Shown: piece after piece, positions 16,367 to 24,000 of the stretch
Layout of the letters: the number at the start of each line of letters is the position of its first letter
Numbering within the stretch: position 1 is the first letter of the stretch
Assembly: GCF_003096015.2 (NCBI RefSeq)
Contig: NZ_CP029185.2
Coordinates: 2,009,488-2,033,487 of the forward strand
Length of the DNA stretch: 24,000 nt
Direction: 5' to 3'
Source of the DNA: Limnobaculum parvum
Lineage (GTDB): Bacteria > Pseudomonadota > Gammaproteobacteria > Enterobacterales > Enterobacteriaceae
The notes under the pieces: generated by a model
The model's input: only the letters and a program-made list of their open reading frames with translations
What the model was told of the DNA's origin: nothing
The model's database searches: none
Program-made: the position numbers and the translations under genes

Positions 16367-17203
16367 TTAATGTTTAAACCAGCGTCCCAGAGTTACCCGC
16401 TCATTGCCGCCATAATCCTGATGAGTAGCGATCAATACAAAGCCACGCTGTTTAAACAGAGTTCGTACCTGTTCCCCCTGAGTCCAGCCATGTTCCAGTA
16501 ATAGCCAGCCGCCAGGTTTAAGGTATTCCGGTGCTTGTTCAATAATATGGTCTAAATCGGCGAAGCCTTGCCGTGCCGCAATTAATGCACTGTTTGGCTC
16601 ATAACGTACATCACCCTGGTTCAAATGCGGATCGCTTTCATCAATATAGGGCGGATTACTGACAATCATATCAAAGTAAGCGTCGTTAAGAGGTTCAAAC
16701 CAATCACCCTGCACAAAATGGACGTTGTTGATATTCAGATTATCCGCGTTATCTTGCGCCAGTGAGATAGCCTCGACTTGATAATCAATGCCGGTCACTG
16801 AACTATCGGGACGCTCATGACCTAACGCTAGCGCAATTGCGCCAGTTCCAGTACCCAAATCCAGAATATCGCAATCAATCGTGGGTAAACGTTCTAATGC
16901 TAACTCCACCAACTTTTCGGTATCCGGTCGGGGAATCAATGTTACCGGTGAAACTTTTAATAACAGCGACCAAAACTCGCGGGAACCGACCAAATAGGCA
17001 ATGGGCTCTCCCTGTCGTCTGCGGCACAACAGTTCGTCAAGACGCGATTCTTGTTCAGCGCTCAGTGCAGTTTCGCTGAATGCCATCAGAAATGTCCGCG
17101 TTTTTCCCGTCACATGCCCCAACAGGATTTCCGCATCCCGCTTAGGACTATCACCGCCGGTCAATTTTGCGATGGCTTGCTCTAACCATTGATTAAATGT
17201 CAT
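16367..17203 (-). CDS. prmC: Release-factor glutamine N5-methyltransferase PrmC (HemK)
   Basis: The 278-aa ORF has the SAM motif ILDLGTGTGAIALAL and the catalytic NPPY (SNPPYI). It lies directly downstream of prfA. Confidence 0.95.
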   Translation of the reverse strand: MTFNQWLEQAIAKLTGGDSPKRDAEILLGHVTGKTRTFLMAFSETALSAEQESRLDELLCRRRQGEPIAYLVGSREFWSLLLKVSPVTLIPRPDTEKLVELALERLPTIDCDILDLGTGTGAIALALGHERPDSSVTGIDYQVEAISLAQDNADNLNINNVHFVQGDWFEPLNDAYFDMIVSNPPYIDESDPHLNQGDVRYEPNSALIAARQGFADLDHIIEQAPEYLKPGGWLLLEHGWTQGEQVRTLFKQRGFVLIATHQDYGGNERVTLGRWFKH

Positions 17204-17212
17204 GGTGTCAAG

Positions 17213-18298
17213 TTATGCATCCTGGTCAGACAACGCTGCCAATTGGTCAGCCTGATATTCCTGAACAATAGGTTGAATTAGCATATCCAGCTTCCCTTCC
17301 ATCACTTCATCTAAACGGTAAACCGTCAGGTTAATACGATGGTCGGTTACCCGCCCCTGAGGAAAATTATACGTACGATTACGGTCAGAACGATCGCCAG
17401 AACCCAATAAATTACGACGTGTTGACGCCTCTTCAGACTGACGCTTTTGCATTTCGGCGGCGCGAATACGCGCACCTAATACCGATAACGCTTTAGCCTT
17501 GTTTTTGTGTTGGGAACGTTCATCCTGACACTCCACCACAATACCAGTTGGTAAGTGAGTTATCCGGATAGCGGAGTCGGTGGTGTTAACGTGCTGACCA
17601 CCCGCACCGGAAGAGCGGAAAGTATCAATTTTCAGATCCGACGGGTTAATATCCGGCAGCTCTGCTTCTGGAATTTCTGGCATAACCGCAACAGTACAGG
17701 CAGAAGTATGGATACGCCCCTGCGACTCTGTTTCTGGAACGCGCTGTACCCGATGACCACCAGACTCAAACTTAAGCTGACCATATACACCATCGCCGGT
17801 CACTTTGGCGATGATCTCTTTATAGCCACCGTGCTCACCGTCGTTAGCACTCATAATCTCAACGCGCCAACGACGCGCTTCCGCGTAACGGCTATACATA
17901 CGGAATAGATCGCCTGCAAAAATAGCTGCTTCATCACCGCCAGTTCCAGCGCGAACTTCAAGGTAACAGTTGCGTTCATCATCAGGATCTTTTGGTAACA
18001 GCAATACCTGAAGCTGCTGCTCCAACGTGTCGATTTGCTGTTTGGCTTCATCGATCTCTTCCTGAGCCATTTCACGCATTTCAGGGTCAGCCAACATCAT
18101 TTCGGCCGTAACCAGATTCTCTTGCACTTTCTGCCACTGGCGAAAACATTGGGTGACATCTTCCAGTTGTGCATACTCCCGCGAAAGCGCACGGAATCGG
18201 TCCTGATCGGCGATAACAGACGCATCACCCAGATGAGCCTGTACTTCTTCGTGACGCTCTTGTAATGCTTCTAATTTAGCAACAATAGAAGGTTTCAT
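17213..18298 (-). CDS. prfA: Peptide chain release factor 1
   Basis: The 361-aa ORF has the GGQ motif ([11 protein letters not shown]) and the PxT-type RF1 tripeptide region ([11 protein letters not shown]). Confidence 0.97.
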   Translation of the reverse strand: MKPSIVAKLEALQERHEEVQAHLGDASVIADQDRFRALSREYAQLEDVTQCFRQWQKVQENLVTAEMMLADPEMREMAQEEIDEAKQQIDTLEQQLQVLLLPKDPDDERNCYLEVRAGTGGDEAAIFAGDLFRMYSRYAEARRWRVEIMSANDGEHGGYKEIIAKVTGDGVYGQLKFESGGHRVQRVPETESQGRIHTSACTVAVMPEIPEAELPDINPSDLKIDTFRSSGAGGQHVNTTDSAIRITHLPTGIVVECQDERSQHKNKAKALSVLGARIRAAEMQKRQSEEASTRRNLLGSGDRSDRNRTYNFPQGRVTDHRINLTVYRLDEVMEGKLDMLIQPIVQEYQADQLAALSDQDA

Positions 18299-18335
18299 GC
18301 GTGGCTAAACACCTTGTGAATAAAATAAAAGAAAA

Positions 18336-19598
18336 CTAATACTGATCCAGCCCGAGGCTGTCACGTAATACATTCAATTGTTCCAGATCGCCGCTGCTTG
18401 CCGCTTTCTGGAGAGATTTGGTTGGTGCGTGAATAAGACGGTTGGTGAGCTTATGGGCCAGTTCATTAATCGTGCTTTCAACATCAGCCCCTTGTTCAAT
18501 GGAGGACAATGCTTTTTCCACTAACGCTTCCCGAATACCATCCGCCATGGCACGGTAATCCCGAATAGAAGAGACGGCGGACTGTGAGCGCACCCATGCC
18601 ATAAAGTTTGCGCTTTCTTGCTGAACAATATCTTCAGCCTGCACTGCCGCCGCTTTTCGCTGCGATAAATTGTGTTCAATAATCGCATGCAAGTCATCGA
18701 CGGTATAGAGATAGACGTTTGACAGATTACCCACTTCGGGTTCGATATCACGCGGTACGGCAATATCGATAAAGAGCATCGGCTGATTACGGCGAGCTTT
18801 CAGCGAACGTTCAACCATACCTTTACCAATAATAGGTAACGGACTGGCGGTTGAACTGATAATAATATCGGCTTTATATAAGCGTTCATCAATTTCGGGT
18901 AGCGTGATAACTTCCGCCTGAACTTCATCGGCTAACTGCTGTGCTCTTTCTCGCGTGCGGTTGGCAATAACCATTTTTTTAACCTGATGCTCGCGTAAAT
19001 AACGAGCGACCAACTCAATGGTTTCACCGGCGCCAACCAGCAGAACATTCACGTCGCTCATTGATTCAAAAATCTGACGCGCCAGCGTACAGGCGGCAAA
19101 AGCAACCGACACCGCACTGGAACCAATTTCGGTTTCAGTACGAACGCGTTTTGCCACGGAGAATGATTTTTGGAATAAACGCTCAAGTTCAGTATTTAAC
19201 TTACGGTGTTCCTGCGATTCGGCAAACGCCTTCTTCACCTGCCCCAAGATCTGGGGTTCACCCAGTACCAGCGAATCCAACCCACTGGCAACACGCATTA
19301 GATGATTTACTGCGTCAGAATCTTGATGCCAGTACAGGCTTCTCGTTAATTCTTCTGGCGATAACTGATGATACTGACATAACCATTTAATCAACTGTTG
19401 TAGCGTATTTTCATCCTGTTCAACGCTTAAATACAACTCAGTTCGGTTGCACGTAGACAACAGGACACCGCCCTGCACCAAAGGTTGTTGGTGCAGGCTT
19501 CGTAATGCATCACCTAATGTATCGGGAGAAAAGGTCACCTTTTCCCTCAATGATACCGGGGCAGTTTTATGGTTGATTCCAAGTGCAAACAGCGTCAT
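18336..19598 (-). CDS. hemA: Glutamyl-tRNA reductase
   Basis: I trimmed the start to [21 protein letters not shown], which matches the E. coli HemA N-terminus and gives 420 aa. The catalytic Cys lies in LSTCNRTE. Confidence 0.95.
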   Translation of the reverse strand: MTLFALGINHKTAPVSLREKVTFSPDTLGDALRSLHQQPLVQGGVLLSTCNRTELYLSVEQDENTLQQLIKWLCQYHQLSPEELTRSLYWHQDSDAVNHLMRVASGLDSLVLGEPQILGQVKKAFAESQEHRKLNTELERLFQKSFSVAKRVRTETEIGSSAVSVAFAACTLARQIFESMSDVNVLLVGAGETIELVARYLREHQVKKMVIANRTRERAQQLADEVQAEVITLPEIDERLYKADIIISSTASPLPIIGKGMVERSLKARRNQPMLFIDIAVPRDIEPEVGNLSNVYLYTVDDLHAIIEHNLSQRKAAAVQAEDIVQQESANFMAWVRSQSAVSSIRDYRAMADGIREALVEKALSSIEQGADVESTINELAHKLTNRLIHAPTKSLQKAASSGDLEQLNVLRDSLGLDQY

Positions 19599-19837
19599 GA
19601 AATAGTTATAATTATTGTAGTTTCTCAGTTGAATCGGTATTTCGTTGGCACATTCTACTTGATGCTGACTACCAATAAAAGTCACTACTTATCGTGAAAG
19701 GGCCTTTACAGGATTTATCAACGTAAAACAGATATACTTTGTACTATTAATTTTTACCCGTAATAACAATCTGATTGACGCTTAACCTTAAGGCTATTAG
19801 CGTTATCGGTTACCGACAGGATCCCGGCGAGAACATC

Positions 19838-20464
19838 ATGACATTTACACGGACTGCTACTTTTTTAAAATTGATCCCTTTAGCCAGCGTATTTTTGACT
19901 GCCTGTACATTAACCGGTCAACAGAGTACGACTGTGTCCTCTTCCTCCCCTGAGTGGCAAAAACATCAGCAACAAGTTACGGCACTATCTCAATATCAAA
20001 CGCGTGGTGCTTTTGCTTATCTTTCATCTGAGCAAAAGGTGTATGCCCGATTTTTCTGGCAGCAACAGAGCCCTGAACAATACCGTTTAGTATTAACCAA
20101 CCCGTTAGGTAATACCGTCATGGAGCTAAACGTTCAACCAGGTCTGGTACAGTTGACGGACGATCAAGGCCAACGCTATGTCAGCGATGATGCAGAAAAG
20201 ATGATCCAAGAACTGACGGGCATGAGTATTCCTCTAAATAATATGCGCAAGTGGATGCTTGGCCTGCCAGCCGATGCTAAAAATTACACTCTGACACCTG
20301 AAGCTCGTTTGAATAAAGTGACACTGGAGCAAAACGGACAAACTTGGACCGTTGACTATCAAGCCTATAATCAAGATGTTCAACCAGCCCTGCCAAGCCG
20401 TCTGGAGATCGCCCATGACGAAGAGCGTATTAAACTGAAGATGGACAGTTGGACGCTGCAATGA
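19838..20464 (+). CDS. lolB: Outer-membrane lipoprotein LolB
   Basis: I trimmed the start to [23 protein letters not shown], with a lipobox L-T-A-C, giving 208 aa. It is divergent from hemA and upstream of ispE, as in E. coli. Confidence 0.9.
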   Translation: MTFTRTATFLKLIPLASVFLTACTLTGQQSTTVSSSSPEWQKHQQQVTALSQYQTRGAFAYLSSEQKVYARFFWQQQSPEQYRLVLTNPLGNTVMELNVQPGLVQLTDDQGQRYVSDDAEKMIQELTGMSIPLNNMRKWMLGLPADAKNYTLTPEARLNKVTLEQNGQTWTVDYQAYNQDVQPALPSRLEIAHDEERIKLKMDSWTLQ

Positions 20465-21303
20465 TGGTTAACTGGCCTTCACCCGCCAAACTGAATCTGT
20501 TTTTGTATATTAATGGCCGTCGCCCTGACGGCTATCACGATTTACAAACACTGTTTCAGTTTCTTGATTATAGTGATACCCTCAATTTTATACTGCGGCA
20601 GGATCAGCAAATTCGGCTATTAACGCCGATTAGCGGCGTTCCAGATGAACAGAATCTGATTGTCCGAGCAGCCAGAATGCTGCAACAATTCAGTGATTGC
20701 CATCTGGGAGCTGATATTTCCATTACCAAAATTTTACCTATGGGTGGTGGCTTGGGTGGTGGTTCGTCTAATGCAGCAACGGTATTGGTAGCACTTAATC
20801 ACTTGTGGAAGTGCGGGCTGACAACCGAGCAATTATGCAAAATTGGACTAACACTGGGTGCTGATGTTCCAGTATTTATTTACGGTCATGCCGCTTTTGC
20901 GGAAGGCGTTGGTGAAAAATTACAGCCGACCCAACCCAAAGAGAAATGGTATTTAGTGGCCCATCCGGGTGTACATATTCCCACCCCCTTGATCTTTAAC
21001 GAACCGGAACTGGTTAGAAATACGCCAAAACGTACTCTCACCACCCTTTTAGCCTCACCTTTTTCAAATGATTGTGAACCAATCGCAAGAAAAAGGTTCC
21101 CCGAGGTTGAACAGCTCATTTCTTGGCTGTTAGAATATGCACCATCACGTCTAACGGGAACAGGTGCTTGTGTATTTTCGGAATTCGATACACAGGCGGC
21201 GGCTGTTGATGTGTTAAAACAAGCCCCTGAGTGGTTACATGGTTTTGTTGCGCAAGGTGTCAATACCTCACCGTTGCAAGCTATACTCTCAAGGCAAGTA
21301 TGA
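20461..21303 (+). CDS. ispE: 4-diphosphocytidyl-2-C-methyl-D-erythritol kinase
   Basis: [13 protein letters not shown] and [21 protein letters not shown] (GHMP kinase motif) are present. An ATGATG start overlaps the lolB TGA, so the start is either 20461 or 20464. Confidence 0.95.
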   Translation: MMVNWPSPAKLNLFLYINGRRPDGYHDLQTLFQFLDYSDTLNFILRQDQQIRLLTPISGVPDEQNLIVRAARMLQQFSDCHLGADISITKILPMGGGLGGGSSNAATVLVALNHLWKCGLTTEQLCKIGLTLGADVPVFIYGHAAFAEGVGEKLQPTQPKEKWYLVAHPGVHIPTPLIFNEPELVRNTPKRTLTTLLASPFSNDCEPIARKRFPEVEQLISWLLEYAPSRLTGTGACVFSEFDTQAAAVDVLKQAPEWLHGFVAQGVNTSPLQAILSRQV

Positions 21304-21324
21304 GCACTACTTTAAATGTTGTAA

Positions 21325-22401
<1,077 letters not shown>

Positions 22402-22436
22402 TCCCTAAGCATTGGCAAAAGCTGTCTAATGAAAAA

Positions 22437-22470
22437 AGCCCGTTATCCTATATTGGATAACGGGCTTTTC
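22437..22470. terminator. Terminator downstream of prs (potentially bidirectional)
   Basis: A 12-bp stem AGCCCGTTATCC / GGATAACGGGCT with the loop TATATT is preceded by an A-run and followed by TTTT. Confidence 0.8.
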
Positions 22471-22565
22471 AATTGGAAAGCAGCATAATTAGCAAGCCAT
22501 CGATTAATAAAAAATTACAACATCCAACCGTTCAACCTGTTAGCTGATTGTACCAAAAGCTTAAA

Positions 22566-22850
22566 CTAAAGATGCTTATGGCGATATCCACTTCTGCGCG
22601 CACCGTTATCGCTGTGTTTAATCCACCAGTAGCGATCTGCAACTCGGTCACGCCCACCGATACGCGCGCCCACCAACCACACTAAGGCCCCGACGAATAT
22701 CCCCATAATGGGTATATGAGCCAAATCTCCCGGTAAAAGCACCACATCCTTCAGATGACCGAGGATAGTCAGGCCAACACCCCCTATCATTGAAACCAAA
22801 CCTAGCCCCATTAGGATATTGCCGAGTAAAACTGCGTTTCTGCGTTTCAT
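22566..22850 (-). CDS. ychH: YchH stress-induced small membrane protein (DUF2583)
   Basis: I trimmed the start to MKRRNAVLLGNILMGLGLV (ATG at 22850, RBS GGTGGAGGG), giving 94 aa. It resembles E. coli YchH (MKRKNASLLGNVLMGLGL...DRYWW) and has the conserved position next to pth. Confidence 0.85.
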   Translation of the reverse strand: MKRRNAVLLGNILMGLGLVSMIGGVGLTILGHLKDVVLLPGDLAHIPIMGIFVGALVWLVGARIGGRDRVADRYWWIKHSDNGARRSGYRHKHL

Positions 22851-22929
22851 AGTACCCTCCACCAAAAGCTTGCTGAAGTGATTTAACCTTATATTCACTA
22901 TGAGTATAGACAGGTAAATACATTATTTG

Positions 22930-22945
22930 TGTGGATAAGGTCACA
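22930..22945. promoter_or_regulatory. CRP-binding site upstream of ychH
   Basis: TGTGG-ataagg-TCACA matches the consensus TGTGA-N6-TCACA at 9 of 10 positions. It is centred about 87 bp upstream of the ychH start. Confidence 0.5.
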
Positions 22946-23157
22946 GCTTGACCAATAATCCTTACAATTTACTTACAATTCAGTAGACAGCAAATTTAGC
23001 CATTTGTGCTACGACAATAACAACGCATTCTCGATAGGTACAATACTTCAATCAAGCAATCTGATTGCAATTTTGTAATTCAGTGGACTAAGAGTAAACT
23101 AACTTGCTTATTATTTTGTCTTCCCAATATCATCATACTGTTTTGTAGGAATTGACT

Positions 23158-23748
23158 GTGAGTAGTATTAAATTAATCGTCGGTTTAGCTAACCCTGGGG
23201 CCGAATATGCTCCAACTCGCCACAATGCTGGTGCCTGGTTTGTTGATCTACTCGCTGAACGCCATAATCAGCCGTTAAAAGAAGAAGCCAAATTTTTTGG
23301 CTATACCGCTCGTCTGAATATTGCTGGCGATGATGTCAGGCTGCTCGTTCCTACCACCTTTATGAATTTAAGTGGGAAAGCCGTGCTGGCAATGGCTAAT
23401 TTTTTTCGGATTGCTCCAGACGAAATTCTGGTCGCTCATGATGAGCTAGACCTTCCCCCTGGCGTAGCCAAATTAAAACTGGGTGGTGGTAATGGTGGTC
23501 ACAATGGTTTAAAGGATATCGCTAACAAACTGGGCAATAATCCTAACTTTTATCGATTAAGAATTGGTATTGGTCATCCGGGCGATAAAAACAAAGTCAC
23601 AGGATTTGTTCTCGGTAAACCACCGGCCTCTGAACAGAAGATGATCGATGAAGCCATCGATGAAGCCTTAAGCTGTACGGATATTCTGATAAAAGAAGAT
23701 GTGACTAAAGCAATGAATCGATTACATGCATTTAAAGCCACAGCATAA
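23158..23748 (+). CDS. pth: Peptidyl-tRNA hydrolase
   Basis: [31 protein letters not shown] and [25 protein letters not shown] match E. coli Pth. I prefer the GTG at 23158 (7 nt after AGGA) to the track's TTG at 23152. Confidence 0.95.
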   Translation: MSSIKLIVGLANPGAEYAPTRHNAGAWFVDLLAERHNQPLKEEAKFFGYTARLNIAGDDVRLLVPTTFMNLSGKAVLAMANFFRIAPDEILVAHDELDLPPGVAKLKLGGGNGGHNGLKDIANKLGNNPNFYRLRIGIGHPGDKNKVTGFVLGKPPASEQKMIDEAIDEALSCTDILIKEDVTKAMNRLHAFKATA

Positions 23749-23792
23749 TTTTATGCTGCGCCCACGCAAATAAAAAATACGACGATAGAAAA

Positions 23793-23823
23793 AACATCAG
23801 CCGCTAAATGAGCGGCTGATGTT
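23793..23823. terminator. 13-bp hairpin terminator between pth and the convergent GlsB/YmgE-family gene
   Basis: AACATCAGCCGCT-aaatg-AGCGGCTGATGTT forms the stem-loop. On the minus strand it is followed by UUUUUC, so it is the terminator for the convergent gene. On the plus strand no U-run follows. Confidence 0.75.
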
Positions 23824-23840
23824 AAAAAGTGGCTAAATAA

Positions 23841-24000
23841 TTAGCCTCTGATTTTGCGATAGATAAACAGAACCAGCAACGCACCAAGAACGGCAATAAC
23901 CAGACTACCGATATTGAAGCCATCTACAGAACCTAAGCCGAAGAAGGAGCTGATATATCCACCGACTAATGCACCAATAATCCCCAGAATAACGGTTACG
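23841..24000 (-). CDS. GlsB/YeaQ/YmgE-family small membrane protein (partial, runs off the window)
   Basis: This feature is not in the ORF track because it is truncated. My manual minus-strand translation reads ...VTVILGIIGALVGGYISSFFGLGSVDGFNIGSLVIAVLGALLVLFIYRKIRG*, with the stop at 23841-23843. The glycine-zipper TM pattern is typical of the family. Confidence 0.7.
   Translation of the reverse strand, partial: VTVILGIIGALVGGYISSFFGLGSVDGFNIGSLVIAVLGALLVLFIYRKIRG

Noticed and set aside
18336-19685. N-terminal extensions of track ORFs: hemA to 19685, lolB from 19775, rsr to 4801, sgcB to 10316, sgcX to 11392, ychH to 22898 and dauA from 11763
   Set aside because: Internal starts reproduce the orthologous N-termini and have better-placed RBSs. 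The extensions would also create implausible gene overlaps, for example sgcB with sgcX.
22648-22944. A 98-aa minus-strand ORF overlapping ychH in another frame
   Set aside because: The ychH frame has clear homology and an RBS. The alternative frame has neither.

Overview
This is an Enterobacterales-type chromosomal window. By eye the GC content is low to mid 40s percent. The proteins are close to their E. coli orthologues but not identical, and a Morganellaceae-like host is only a guess.

The right two thirds (about 11.7-24 kb) is a conserved housekeeping block. It contains dauA, a DUF1090 gene, kdsA-sirB1-sirB2-prmC-prfA-hemA on the minus strand, lolB-ispE-prs on the plus strand, ychH, pth, and a partial GlsB/YmgE-family gene at the right edge.

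The left third carries two accessory modules, both on the minus strand:
- An RNA repair and quality-control operon, rsr (Ro60) - four tandem Y-RNA-like ncRNA modules - rtcB - rtcA. It sits behind a near-consensus sigma54 promoter, and no rtcR activator gene lies next to it.
- An sgcXBCQAER-like orphan PTS sugar cluster with an extra, overlapping HAD phosphatase gene and a near-consensus CRP site upstream.

The most interesting stretch is the 728-nt ORF-free region at 2427-3154. Three of its four modules contain tRNA T-arms, acceptor helices and D-arms in circularly permuted order (YrlA-type tRNA mimics). The Ro60/Y RNA/RtcBA family is already described in Salmonella and other bacteria, so it is not a new system class. 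The four-module array, its degenerate member and the missing neighbouring regulator are the parts worth following up.

I saw no mobile elements, CRISPR arrays, rRNA genes or canonical tRNA genes.
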